Shown: positions 17,047 to 27,045, counted from the stretch's first letter. The stretch is 64,000 nucleotides of DNA from an uncultured Gammaproteobacteria bacterium (GCA_964566925.1 CAZMIZ010000003.1:30792-94791), one strand, 5' to 3'. The notes: a model not told the origin generated them from the sequence alone. Numbers and translations are program-made.

Positions 17047-18369
17047 TTAAAGAGAGTTGACGAACTGTTTAAATTGATCTCCTCTTTCAAATTCATTTTT
17101 AAACATCCCAAAAGAGGCACAGGCTGGTGAAAGTAAAACAATTTCTCCTGGTTCCGCCAACTTTCGGGCAGTCAAAATCGCTTTTTTAAAATCATTAAAA
17201 CGGCCGGCCACCAGCTCTTGGTTCAAAACCCTTTCCAGCTTATCGGTAGCTGATCCCTCTAAAAGGACAACCGCTTTAACGGTTGAGGCTTTGATTTTCC
17301 GGCCGAGCTGACTAAAATTCAATCTCTTATCGGCGCCGCCGGCAATTAAGACAACTGGTTGGTCAAATGTTTCTAAGGCGGCCATGGTCGCCTCAGGAAT
17401 AGTTGCACAGGTATCATTATAATAGGCAACCCGGTTTACCTGACGAATAAACTCTAACCGATTAGGGACGCCTTTAAACTCTTTAACTGCCCGCTGAATT
17501 ATTTTTGGCTCCACCTTCATGATCTTGGCCGCCGCCATAGCGGCAGCAATATTTTCCAAATTATGCTTGCCTTTAAGTTTTACTGAAGCAGCCAAAGAGC
17601 TCGAAAGTTGAGAAGGAGAAAAGTAAACCACTCTACTTCGGGCTAAATCAGCCATTTTTTTGGTTAGTTGATTGTCGCGATTTAAAATCAGATAGTCGGT
17701 CGGCTTTTGGAAAGCAAAGATGAGTTTCTTCGCTTCAAAATAATCAACCATTGAAGAATAGCGATTCAGATGGTCGCGATAGAGATTGGTAACAACAGCA
17801 ATATGGGGACTAATTTGATGACCAGCCAATCCCTCAAGTTGCCAAGAGGAAAGTTCTAAAACAATCATTGTCTCAGGCTTAATTTTAGGAAGAAGGGCGA
17901 GGGCGGGTTTTTCCGGAATATTGCCCCCCACTACCACCTTAAAACCGGCCTCCTTAAGAATTTCACCAATTAAGAGGGTAGTGGTTGTTTTACCTCGAGT
18001 ACCAGTGATGCCAATCAGATTTTCAGACTTAATCTGGGCGAGTAAAAAGAAAAGGCCAATTTCCATTTCAATAGGAATCCTTTTGCCCTTGGCCATTTTC
18101 AAAAACTTCGAATTTTCCGGGACAGCCGGATTACGGATAATCAGCTCGCTGTTAAGAAAATCTTCTTTCCGGTGTTTGCCCAAAACATATTTGATAGGCA
18201 ATCCTTCTAGCTTTTTGAGACTGGGTGCCAAATCCTTAGCCGTTCTTAAATCGGTCACCGTCACCTTCGCCCCTTGTTGAGCCGCGACTTTAGCGGCCCA
18301 AAGGCCTTGGCCTTGGAGGCCTAAACCCATGACCGTCACTTTTTTTCCTGAAAGATTAATCTTTTTCAT
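17047..18369 (-). CDS. murD: UDP-MurNAc-L-Ala--D-Glu ligase
   Basis: ITGTRGKTTT, LELSSWQL, DHLNRY, LSPACASFGMF. Confidence 0.95.
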   Translation of the reverse strand: MKKINLSGKKVTVMGLGLQGQGLWAAKVAAQQGAKVTVTDLRTAKDLAPSLKKLEGLPIKYVLGKHRKEDFLNSELIIRNPAVPENSKFLKMAKGKRIPIEMEIGLFFLLAQIKSENLIGITGTRGKTTTTLLIGEILKEAGFKVVVGGNIPEKPALALLPKIKPETMIVLELSSWQLEGLAGHQISPHIAVVTNLYRDHLNRYSSMVDYFEAKKLIFAFQKPTDYLILNRDNQLTKKMADLARSRVVYFSPSQLSSSLAASVKLKGKHNLENIAAAMAAAKIMKVEPKIIQRAVKEFKGVPNRLEFIRQVNRVAYYNDTCATIPEATMAALETFDQPVVLIAGGADKRLNFSQLGRKIKASTVKAVVLLEGSATDKLERVLNQELVAGRFNDFKKAILTARKLAEPGEIVLLSPACASFGMFKNEFERGDQFKQFVNSL

Positions 18370-19169
18370 AGTTTGTCTAAACTGACCTCTTTTATTCTAA
18401 CACGCCCCAAATCCCCAGCAAATTTCTCTAAACTTCCCAAACCTTTATAAGAAATATCGGTAAAATAGAGCTGATGGGCTGGTTTTTGGGAGTTTCCTTG
18501 AAGTTTGTTTCTAGCTAAAAACCGTTTCAAGGCAAAAGCGGTGGCTCTTCCCGGATTGATCAAAGTCACCTTCCCCACTACCTCTTTAATTGTTTTTTGG
18601 AGGAGAGGATAATGGGTGCAACCCAGAATTAAAGTATCAATTCTTTTCTTTAATAAAGGCCGAAGGTATTCTTTAGCTAAGATTCGGGTTACCCGATGAT
18701 TGACCAATCCTTCTTCGACTAGAGGAACAAAAAGAGGACAAGCAACAGAAAAGACTTTTATTTTAGGGTTGGTCTTTTTTAATGCTTTGCTCCAGGCACT
18801 GGCCTTAATAGTGGCCTGAGTGCCGATAAGGCCAATCCTTAGATTTCTACTTCTTTGGGCTGCTTCGCGGGCGCTAGAATCAATCACTCCTAAAAGCGGT
18901 TGACTAAATTCCTTTTTTAAGCTTAATAAGGCCACACTTGAGGCGGTGTGACAAGCGGCCACAATTACCTTAATCCTTTTTTTTACTAAAAAATCAGCTA
19001 GTTGGTGAGAAAAATTAATAATCGTCTTTTTTCCTCTGGTTCCCCAAGGAACCCGGGCGGTATCACCAATAAAGATAATTCTCTCTTGGGGGAGGATTCG
19101 AATAATTTCTTTGACAACCGTCAAACCGCCCACTCCAGAGTCAAAGACGCCAATAGGCCGCTTATCCAT
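18366..19169 (-). CDS. murI: glutamate racemase
   Basis: FDSGVGGLTV, ACHTAS, LGCTHYP. Confidence 0.96.
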   Translation of the reverse strand: MDKRPIGVFDSGVGGLTVVKEIIRILPQERIIFIGDTARVPWGTRGKKTIINFSHQLADFLVKKRIKVIVAACHTASSVALLSLKKEFSQPLLGVIDSSAREAAQRSRNLRIGLIGTQATIKASAWSKALKKTNPKIKVFSVACPLFVPLVEEGLVNHRVTRILAKEYLRPLLKKRIDTLILGCTHYPLLQKTIKEVVGKVTLINPGRATAFALKRFLARNKLQGNSQKPAHQLYFTDISYKGLGSLEKFAGDLGRVRIKEVSLDKL

Positions 19170-19195
19170 TGGGGTTTATTATAGCAAAATGAGGA

Positions 19196-20227
19196 TTAAA
19201 TCACTGCTAGCCAAAGGCCAAAAAGGGCCAAAATAATTCCCGCCAGCCAGGCGCGGGCCACCACTTTAGGCTCTTCCCAACCTCTGTTTTGGAGCCAAAG
19301 ATGAGCCGGAGCCACTTTGAAAAGTCTTTTTTTCAGGAATTTTTTAGAAAGAATTTGAAAGAAGCTGGAAGCGCCTTCGACCATAAAAAAGCCGCCGATT
19401 ACCCCCAAAGCGACAATCTTGCCAATCAAAAGGCCAACCACTGCGAGGGTGGCCCCAAAAGCCAGGGCGCCGACATCACCCAGCCAAATACGAGCTGGAT
19501 AAACATTAAAATATAAAAAGGCGATCAAAGAACCCAGCCAAAGAGCCAGAAAGACCGATAAGGTTGTATCCAGGATGGAAGCCGAGAGAGCCCAAAAAGC
19601 AAAAAGGCAGACCATTAACAAACCGCAAGCTAGCCCATCTAAACCATCGGTGATGTTAAAAGCATTGGCAAAAGCGACAATCACAAAGGCACTGAAAGGA
19701 ACATACCAACCACCAATCTTGAGGGTGCCTAAAAAGGGAATATGGACAAAGTCAATCCCCAGATTTTGCCAAAGTAAAAGGCCGATGACAAAAGCTAAAA
19801 TCCACTGAATAACAAACTTATGGCGGAATCTTAAGCCAAAGAAGCCGGTCTGGGCAAAACCAAAGAATTTCATTAAATCATCATAAAGCCCTAAAAGGCC
19901 AAAAGAGATAAAGGAGAAAAAAAGAATATTCAACTCGTCTTTAATCGGGTAAGCGGTGGTAATGTAAACCCCAAGAAAAGAAATTAAGGGAAAGAAAAGG
20001 ACGTATAAAAGACTAACGACGGCAATGATTAAAAGCCCACCCCCGACCGGCGTGCCGGCTTTATGGGCGTGAAGTTTATCAAAGATTTTTGTTCGCCAGC
20101 CTAAAAGATCTTTGGTAATCTGCTTTTGGCGTAAGAATCTCAGGTGATAAAGAAGATTGATAAAGGGAACAATCAAAATACCGGTGAAGATAAAAGAAAA
20201 AATTAAAAGTCCGAGAATAAGAGCCAT
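19196..20227 (-). CDS. mraY: phospho-MurNAc-pentapeptide transferase
   Basis: KAGTPVGGG, YDD, NITDGLDGL, WLGDVG, APAHLW. Confidence 0.93.
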   Translation of the reverse strand: MALILGLLIFSFIFTGILIVPFINLLYHLRFLRQKQITKDLLGWRTKIFDKLHAHKAGTPVGGGLLIIAVVSLLYVLFFPLISFLGVYITTAYPIKDELNILFFSFISFGLLGLYDDLMKFFGFAQTGFFGLRFRHKFVIQWILAFVIGLLLWQNLGIDFVHIPFLGTLKIGGWYVPFSAFVIVAFANAFNITDGLDGLACGLLMVCLFAFWALSASILDTTLSVFLALWLGSLIAFLYFNVYPARIWLGDVGALAFGATLAVVGLLIGKIVALGVIGGFFMVEGASSFFQILSKKFLKKRLFKVAPAHLWLQNRGWEEPKVVARAWLAGIILALFGLWLAVI

Positions 20228-20243
20228 AGGTTAGATATTAGTT

Positions 20244-20271
20244 AATAGGCATTAGGCAATAGGCATTAGGG
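20244..20271. repeat. 7-nt tandem repeat (AATAGGC/ATTAGGC x4) spanning the dgkA stop
   Basis: aataggc attaggc aataggc attaggg. Confidence 0.7.
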
Positions 20272-20629
20272 CTAGAATTTTTGGGCCAAAAATCAAAAAA
20301 CCGACAATAACCGAGCCGATAACGGCAATCAAAACCATCCCTGAAGCCACATCCTTAGCGATTTTGGCATCCTGCCGCCATTCATAGGTAACCAGATCGG
20401 TGATTGATTCAACCGCGGTGTTAATCAGCTCGGACAACATAACAATAAAAATAGCGGCGATAATAATCGTGATTTCAATCCGGGAAAGCTGAAGTAAAAA
20501 TGAGGTGATTAAAACTAAGATGCCAATAACGACCATCAGGCGAAAGTTGGGCTGGGTGCGAAGGCAATAGCGAAGGCCAGCAAAGGCGTTTTTAAAGGAG
20601 ATCTGGTGATTTTCGTTGTTTTTAGGCAC
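20252..20629 (-). CDS. dgkA: diacylglycerol/undecaprenol kinase family protein
   Basis: SFKNAFAG, ELINTAVE, AKIAKDVAS; three TM. Confidence 0.9.
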   Translation of the reverse strand: MPKNNENHQISFKNAFAGLRYCLRTQPNFRLMVVIGILVLITSFLLQLSRIEITIIIAAIFIVMLSELINTAVESITDLVTYEWRQDAKIAKDVASGMVLIAVIGSVIVGFLIFGPKILALMPIA

Positions 20630-20677
20630 AATCAGCCTCTATCAAACTTCGCCATATCGATCGAGTGATTTCTTCAA

Positions 20678-21925
20678 TTATAACCCCACCTGCAAATAGG
20701 GGCAAATCGGACACTGATGGTAGTGGTGGCAAACAGTTTTTTGGCAACTCACTTTTTTACCTTGGAGAATGAGCATCACTCGCTCCATGTGTCTCAGGAG
20801 AGAACCTTTAAGATAAACCAAATCGTCTTTTTTAAGAATCTTTTTTAGGATTTCGGCCGCTGCCTGAACATCTTTAACCCAAAAAACTTTATCTGGGTTC
20901 ATTCCGTTTTTTTTGGCCTGTCCAGCCACTAATTTCTGTAAAGGACCAACGCTAATTAGATAATCAAGTTTAAGTTCGGCCACCTTCCTGCCTACCTCTC
21001 GATGACTGGTTTCCGCCAAATCCCCTAGCTCGCCCATTTCCCCTAAAACAGCAATCCGGTGACCTTTAACAGGTAAATCGGAAAGGGTCTCTAACCCGGC
21101 TATCGTGGAAGCCGGATTGGCCCGGAGGGCATCATTAAGAAGAACTGAACCCCGCGGTCCTTTTTCAACGCTCATCCTTCCCTTTAGGGGCTTCAGTTTT
21201 GCCAATCCCTTTTTAATTTCTGACCAGCTTAAGCCTAAATTTCTGCCAACCGCCGCCGCCGCCAAACACTCATAAACAAAATGCCGCCCAATCAGCCCGG
21301 TTTTAATCTTACACAATTTTGTCCTTAAGGATAATTTTGTGTAACTTAGCTTGAAACTTGTTCCTGAAAAATCAACCTCGATGTCTTCTGCTCTAAAATC
21401 ACAGTTTTCGGCGGTTCCATACCAAACAACTTTGGCTTTGGTTTTTTTCGCCATTGGCCGCACTTTTTGATCATCATAATTTAAAACCGCCAAGCCATTT
21501 TTAGGCAAAGCTTCAACCAGTTTCCCTTTTTCCTTAATGACCCCAGCCAAAGAGCCTAAAAGCTCTGGATCTGAATGAGTTGGGTTGATGCCGGTGACCA
21601 CCCCGATTTGGGGCTTAACCAAGCCAAGATGAAAATCCATTTCGTTCTTATGATCAACCCCGTATTCTAAAACCAAAATCTGGTGACCGGGACGGAGTTT
21701 TAAAAGGGTAATCGGCAGATTATAGACCGTATCCAGGTTGAGATCGGTTTGGAGGGTGTGGTGTCTTTCTGAAAGAACTTGGGTAATCGCCCGAGCGGTA
21801 TTGGTTTTACCGTAACTGCCGGTAATCCCAATAATCTTAACTTGGGGATTCAGCTTGAGCCAAAGTTTGGCGACCAAGCGGCGCGTTTGATGAAGGGGTT
21901 GTTTCCAGGCTGAAGTCTCGGCCAT
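20678..21925 (-). CDS. murF: UDP-MurNAc-tripeptide--D-Ala-D-Ala ligase (likely start ATG 21925)
   Basis: ITGSYGKT, ANPAS, LGEMGELG, LKGS; TAGAAT -10 box 7 nt before ATG 21925. Confidence 0.92.
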   Translation of the reverse strand: MAETSAWKQPLHQTRRLVAKLWLKLNPQVKIIGITGSYGKTNTARAITQVLSERHHTLQTDLNLDTVYNLPITLLKLRPGHQILVLEYGVDHKNEMDFHLGLVKPQIGVVTGINPTHSDPELLGSLAGVIKEKGKLVEALPKNGLAVLNYDDQKVRPMAKKTKAKVVWYGTAENCDFRAEDIEVDFSGTSFKLSYTKLSLRTKLCKIKTGLIGRHFVYECLAAAAVGRNLGLSWSEIKKGLAKLKPLKGRMSVEKGPRGSVLLNDALRANPASTIAGLETLSDLPVKGHRIAVLGEMGELGDLAETSHREVGRKVAELKLDYLISVGPLQKLVAGQAKKNGMNPDKVFWVKDVQAAAEILKKILKKDDLVYLKGSLLRHMERVMLILQGKKVSCQKTVCHHYHQCPICPYLQVGL

Positions 21926-21957
21926 GAACTCTATTCTACCACGGGGGAGTGAAGAAT

Positions 21958-22311
21958 TTAAGCTTCTGTCTCTGTTAGTTCTTTTTTCTTGAAACCAAAT
22001 TTCTCTCTCCATTCATCAGCTTCTTCAGCCGTCAAGTTTCCTTGCGCCACTCCCAGATCAATTTCTCTTTTTACTTGACTGAAAAAACCTACTAGGTGCC
22101 CTTCTTGTAGAGATAAGTTAAATCTCTCTTCAAGCTCCGCAGGAGAAAGTTCGCTTGCTTCTTCAGCTATAACAACAAGCTCTCCTTGTCTCTCTGGGGA
22201 ACATTCAGACCCTCGGAAATAGCCTTGACTATTTTCATAGACCTCTTTAAAATAGGTCCCATCAAAATCTGACTTCCCTTTTACAGGTGTCGAGTTTTCT
22301 TTATCTTCCAT
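21958..22311 (-). CDS. hypothetical protein (117 aa)
   Basis: ORF with upstream TGATATAAT. Confidence 0.6.
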   Translation of the reverse strand: MEDKENSTPVKGKSDFDGTYFKEVYENSQGYFRGSECSPERQGELVVIAEEASELSPAELEERFNLSLQEGHLVGFFSQVKREIDLGVAQGNLTAEEADEWREKFGFKKKELTETEA

Positions 22312-22372
22312 TTCAGTTTTTATGAGCTTCTTCCAAAAAAATTATATCATTCTAGGCTAAATTAGCAAAAGG

Positions 22373-23026
22373 TTATGCTTCTATTGTCCCTAATTTAGAT
22401 ATGGCCTGCACCGCCTCTCTCTTTTGGATGATCCTCCCCTTTTTCCTATCGATAATTGATTCAAGTTCGGCCTTGGGTGCACCCTGGAAAAGGGCGGCTG
22501 AGAAAATATTGGCTAAGCCTTTGATACTCCTTACCCACCCTTTAAACTCCTCGCTTTTTCTATCAACGCCAATTTGGCCAGCGTATTCTCCTGAAAGAAT
22601 GTCCAAACAATTGTCAGCAACCTCAATTGCTTGGTCAAGGAAGCTTTGAGCGTGATGAACTTTTATTGGATCTTTTGACCTAGCTTTAGCTTTCTCAAGC
22701 TTTCCCAAATCTCGGGAATCAACATCAACTCTTAAACGGCTACCTTCTTGATACCTTGCATTCTTTAATAATCTCTCAGTCAAAGCCAGCTCGAAAATCG
22801 CCCCTTCAATGGGTAAAAAATCGTCTGGAGTAACAGGAAAAAATTTACTTCTCAACTCTTGTGCCTTATCAAGATGCTCTTTGGCTTTCTCCCAAAATAT
22901 TCCCTTTTTGTCTTCCAGCGCCGGGAAATAGGTTTCCTCAACCCTTTCTATAGCCAGAAAACCGCAGAGGACCTCCTCTGTTTTACTCAAGCTGGTTGTG
23001 GAAAACTTTTCGCGTTCAAACTTCAT
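22373..23026 (-). CDS. hypothetical helical protein (217 aa)
   Basis: ORF with GAGG SD, overlapping the upstream stop. Confidence 0.65.
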   Translation of the reverse strand: MKFEREKFSTTSLSKTEEVLCGFLAIERVEETYFPALEDKKGIFWEKAKEHLDKAQELRSKFFPVTPDDFLPIEGAIFELALTERLLKNARYQEGSRLRVDVDSRDLGKLEKAKARSKDPIKVHHAQSFLDQAIEVADNCLDILSGEYAGQIGVDRKSEEFKGWVRSIKGLANIFSAALFQGAPKAELESIIDRKKGRIIQKREAVQAISKLGTIEA

Positions 23027-24023
23027 TGTTTCCTCTCTGTCTTAACTCCTGGGCGTATTGGCTGTAAAAATCTAATTCTTCGAATGCGCGGATATCTCCC
23101 ATGGCTGCAAAAGTCTGCATTTGCCTTCTCTTAAGCTCTAAATAACGATCCAGCTTGCCATCTCGATAAGCCATTTCCAAGGCTCTCCGAATCGCCTCAT
23201 AATGATCCGGACCAAAAGAATCGACCTCTCTCTTCCATCTGGTTAGCCAAAGTTCCTGGGCCTCGTGTTCAATCTCATAAGGAATGCAGTCTGTAAAATC
23301 CTCACCTAGTCCTCTCTTATAATGGTCGTAATTTATCACTATTGTCCTAATAGGGTCATTCCCCAACCTAAAGGCGGCGGCTCCGGCAAGTGGTTCTTCA
23401 CCAAGATATTCCCTGGTAATCATCACAAACTCTGGAGCCTCTAAAATTAGAGCTCTTTCTCTTTTTTTGGCTAAATACTTTTCTTCTAGTCCTTTTGACC
23501 AAAAGTAAAAAAGGTGATCTCCCCGGTCTTGGACCGGAAAATAACCAGCTCTTTCCAAAACCCTGGCTGAGGCCAGGTTATCTTCATGAACCTTAGCAAA
23601 AAGATCAGTATAACCCAGCTCATCAGAAACATAGGCGCTTAAAAGACGCACCGCTTCGGTCATGTATCCCTGACCCGTGAATTGGGAACCAAGATAATAG
23701 CCAATTTCCGCCCTGTCAGGGGTCAACTCATCTGGGGTCAAGTCAATGCTCCCGACCATCACCCCTTCTTGATTACGGATCGCTAACCAAAGATTTTTGG
23801 GATTCGGAGGATCAACGATGCTGTTAAGGACGAGCTCTAACGTAGGATACTTAGCGGCCGTCTGATCACCATATTGCGAGAGATGAGGCCTGTTAGCGTC
23901 AATCAAAGCAAAAATTTCTTCGGCGTCCTCTGGAGAGAACTTAACCAGGCGCACCCCCGAGTTGGGGGATAAAATCTCAAGAGGAACGGTAGAACCAGTG
24001 TTTCGCAAATCTTCTGCACCCAT
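23016..24023 (-). CDS. RimJ/RimL-family GNAT acetyltransferase fused to an HExxE domain
   Basis: AEIGYYL, GQGYMTEA, NLASARVLERAGY; C-terminal EHEAQE...H. Confidence 0.85.
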   Translation of the reverse strand: MGAEDLRNTGSTVPLEILSPNSGVRLVKFSPEDAEEIFALIDANRPHLSQYGDQTAAKYPTLELVLNSIVDPPNPKNLWLAIRNQEGVMVGSIDLTPDELTPDRAEIGYYLGSQFTGQGYMTEAVRLLSAYVSDELGYTDLFAKVHEDNLASARVLERAGYFPVQDRGDHLFYFWSKGLEEKYLAKKRERALILEAPEFVMITREYLGEEPLAGAAAFRLGNDPIRTIVINYDHYKRGLGEDFTDCIPYEIEHEAQELWLTRWKREVDSFGPDHYEAIRRALEMAYRDGKLDRYLELKRRQMQTFAAMGDIRAFEELDFYSQYAQELRQRGNNEV

Positions 24024-24094
24024 AGAAAAGTGAAATCAATTATATCTAGAAAGAAGCGAAAGATCAATGTTATAGGATATATATTGGCCAAGGA

Positions 24095-24562
24095 ATGGTA
24101 AAATTAATAAAAGAAATGGCCAGATCAGAAAGTTATTTTTATTTTGGCAGATTTTTAGAAGATTCGGAACGGAATAAGGAAATAATCCTGGCAGGCGAAT
24201 TCCTTAAACCCCTCCGGGTGGGAATCGAACACGGATATATTCAAACCGTGGACGATTTCTACGAAGAGCTGGAATCAGATCAGCAACTGGTTGGAACAGA
24301 GATTAATCTCGCTATCTCATTCGCTATTGTCGCTGTAGAAATGCAAGATGCTCTTGAAGAGAATCAGGCTGGCCAACCGCCTCTTGATTTTTGGGAACGC
24401 TACCATCTTTTTTCTCTCATCGGCAAAGCAATTGCCGACGATGAAAGAGTCTTTCTGCAATCAAACTTCCAGCCAGGAAAAGAAGAGGATGAAAAATTTA
24501 TAGAAATAGTGAGAAAAGTAATGGGAAAGGTTGAGGCGGAGATAAGCCAAATCGGCGACTAA
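24095..24562 (+). CDS. hypothetical acidic protein (true start may be 24116)
   Basis: ORF; TGGTAAAAT overlaps the first ATG. Confidence 0.6.
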   Translation: MVKLIKEMARSESYFYFGRFLEDSERNKEIILAGEFLKPLRVGIEHGYIQTVDDFYEELESDQQLVGTEINLAISFAIVAVEMQDALEENQAGQPPLDFWERYHLFSLIGKAIADDERVFLQSNFQPGKEEDEKFIEIVRKVMGKVEAEISQIGD

Positions 24563-24650
24563 GCTTCCTTTCATCTTTTTTCCAATTCCTTTATATTTCA
24601 CTTCAACAATTCTATCAAATCCAGAGGGAAATTTTCCGAGCCATTTTTAG

Positions 24651-25445
24651 TCAGATGGAGGAGATGGGTGCTGATAATAATCTCTCGAGAACTCTAGGAT
24701 TTTCTTTACTCGAAGAATAAAGTCCGAGATTAAAATCCTGGGCTACCCTGACGTCTAAATTTAAAATTTCTAGAGGACGCGACCTCGACAAAAGTTCTTC
24801 TCCTGAAATCTCCGGTTTCTCCTTTTTAATCTCGGCCAACGCTTCTCTTTGACTTAGCATGTTTAATTGGAGTAAATAAGGTTTGAGCTCATCATGATGA
24901 CGATCTAACGAAATAGAGCCCTGGCCAGTCTCTAAGGATTTAAGAACAAGCATCAGGTTTTGTTCAGAAACTACGGCCATCAAAAAGTCTTCCAAATGGC
25001 TAAAATAATCCGAGTAACCAAGAAAATAAATTAAGTCTGATCTACTTAACAAAGCCGGTCTATCATAAGCATGAGGATGGACTGTTCCTAAAACGACAAA
25101 ATCATATTTTCTGATTGTCCGCTTGCTGGCCTTTTCCAATTTTATCCACGTTCTTCCAAAATCAGGCCTACCCCCTCGTTGACCAGCAACAATACCAAAA
25201 CCCGGTTTATAAAAGAGGGGTTTGTAAGTTTCCATGCGCCTATTATCGAGTGAATATTGAAGTTCTTGTTGGAAAAAGCTTTCCAGTGTTTCATTTAGAG
25301 TAATCCGGAGAGGCAAAGAATCAAATGGGGGAAAAACTCCTTCCCGTAAACTTTCAAAAATGTCGTGAAGTTCGACCGGAGGGGCACCCGCAAATTCATA
25401 CCCTCTAGGAATTTTTATTTCTTGTGAAGGAGATTCATTCGTCAT
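24651..25445 (-). CDS. hypothetical protein with JAB/MPN-like metal-binding motif
   Basis: E...GTVHPH-x8-SRSD; own promoter TGGTATAAT. Confidence 0.6.
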   Translation of the reverse strand: MTNESPSQEIKIPRGYEFAGAPPVELHDIFESLREGVFPPFDSLPLRITLNETLESFFQQELQYSLDNRRMETYKPLFYKPGFGIVAGQRGGRPDFGRTWIKLEKASKRTIRKYDFVVLGTVHPHAYDRPALLSRSDLIYFLGYSDYFSHLEDFLMAVVSEQNLMLVLKSLETGQGSISLDRHHDELKPYLLQLNMLSQREALAEIKKEKPEISGEELLSRSRPLEILNLDVRVAQDFNLGLYSSSKENPRVLERLLSAPISSI

Positions 25446-25508
25446 AAGATAAATGACCTTTTGGGCAGTCAGTAATTATACCACGAGGCATAGTTTTGGA
25501 GTAAAATT

Positions 25509-25769
25509 TTAGGGAAGTTCTCCTCTAGACATTCTTTTGCTGGCGTCTCCGGAGGTTCCAGTCCCTGGGGTACCTGATCCAGGCTGTGTTTCCTCAAGCT
25601 CGGTTTCAAGTCCCTCCTCTTTTTCCAATAAGTCCATCAGTTCTTCTCCTCCCGCAGTGCTCAGTTGACTTCTAACTGAGTCTAGCTCTTCAAGAAGTTT
25701 GGCCCTTTTTTGTTCGGGCGTCAATTTTCTCTTGCTTTTTAGATCTTCCTGCTTTTCTGAAAATGCCAT
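25509..25769 (-). CDS. hypothetical coiled-coil protein (86 aa)
   Basis: GGAGG SD, ATG start. Confidence 0.6.
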   Translation of the reverse strand: MAFSEKQEDLKSKRKLTPEQKRAKLLEELDSVRSQLSTAGGEELMDLLEKEEGLETELEETQPGSGTPGTGTSGDASKRMSRGELP

Positions 25770-25810
25770 TTCCCCTCCACGATAGGATTTTAAGTTTAAC
25801 GGACTGACGG

Positions 25811-26008
25811 CTACCTGGTTAATTTTCTATATTGGAGACACCTTCTCGCAAACTCAGCCCCATAGATTAAGGTCGGTCCTAAGGCTACTGGCCAATATCG
25901 GGAAGCCATCGCGCCGCCAAGTAAAAAAAGCCCAGAGATGGCCGTTTTCTCGTAGGCTCTTTTTTGCTCAAGATCGTTGCTGCTTGTTGGTGCCTGCTCT
26001 TTTCCCAT
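25811..26008 (-). CDS. small membrane protein (65 aa)
   Basis: TGATATAAT 8 nt before ATG; hydrophobic segments. Confidence 0.55.
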   Translation of the reverse strand: MGKEQAPTSSNDLEQKRAYEKTAISGLFLLGGAMASRYWPVALGPTLIYGAEFARRCLQYRKLTR

Positions 26009-26110
26009 TTGTGAAAATTATATCACAAGGCAGGGTTTTAGGGGCCTAAATTAGCTGACAAACTAGCTAAATCTTGACTTTAACCTCGGAAATGATATAT
26101 TGGACCCAAG

Positions 26111-26449
26111 ATGATTCGGGTAGAAAACCCAATTTCCTGGTTCCGCCCCAAAAGACATTACCAAAAATTCGAAGAATTTGCTCAAGGATTAGACAATCAA
26201 GCGCTGGTTGAGAAAAGAGAAAAATACGACCACACTCTTCGGAATACAGCCATCATCTCGGGCCTAGGAGTAGCTGCTGGCGTTGGCGTGCTTGGGGTTT
26301 TAGCCCCTATCATTCCTGAAATTTGGTTGACAAGTGGCCTAATGGCTGGTGGTGTAAGTGCCATTGGACCTACAAGACATACCATTAGAGTGGGAGAAAA
26401 GGCCATCCTCAACGAAGAAATAGAAATAAGAAATTTACCTCAGAAATAA
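26111..26449 (+). CDS. glycine-rich two-TM membrane protein
   Basis: TTGACT...TATATT promoter; two Gly-rich hydrophobic segments. Confidence 0.6.
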   Translation: MIRVENPISWFRPKRHYQKFEEFAQGLDNQALVEKREKYDHTLRNTAIISGLGVAAGVGVLGVLAPIIPEIWLTSGLMAGGVSAIGPTRHTIRVGEKAILNEEIEIRNLPQK

Positions 26450-26457
26450 ACATCTTT

Positions 26458-27045
26458 ATGGCAGAAACAAAAGGTTTAGCTCCAGCACCCCCAAAAGACC
26501 TCCAGCCTCTCCCAGAAATACCAGATCTTCAACAAAAATTTGAAGACCTTTTACAACAGTTTGTTTCTGAAGGGGGCAATCAAGAGGTTAGACAAGAAAT
26601 CGAAACATTTCAAGATGTAAATGAAGAGGGGGTTGAGCAAGCAATGTTCGTGGCGCCAGGTTGGTCAAAAGAAAGTCCTCCTAATGTTGGTGTCGCTTTT
26701 GAGGTTAGCCGAGGTCGCGCCAGCTACACCGGTAAATTTTATGAAAGCAATCCTCCCGCTTACGGAAGAGTAACAGCCAGTGAATTTCATTTCGATTCAG
26801 AAGGGGAAGGTAAAGGCATTTCAGGACCGCCAGGAATATTCGACCCACTAGGAGAGACATTAACTGATCGGTATGATGCTCCAATCATTCAAGCAGTAGC
26901 CAACGTTTTTAAAAAGAGAATCTTACATTCTTTAGAGGCTCGGGATCAAAAGAGAATAAGGGAACTAGTTCAAAAGGGTTATCGGCGCCGAAAGGGCTAT
27001 CCTCAAGTCTTCGATAAATTCTACGAACCCCAACCTGGCAGGTGA
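26458..27045 (+). CDS. hypothetical protein (195 aa)
   Basis: ORF 8 nt after the previous gene. Confidence 0.65.
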   Translation: MAETKGLAPAPPKDLQPLPEIPDLQQKFEDLLQQFVSEGGNQEVRQEIETFQDVNEEGVEQAMFVAPGWSKESPPNVGVAFEVSRGRASYTGKFYESNPPAYGRVTASEFHFDSEGEGKGISGPPGIFDPLGETLTDRYDAPIIQAVANVFKKRILHSLEARDQKRIRELVQKGYRRRKGYPQVFDKFYEPQPGR

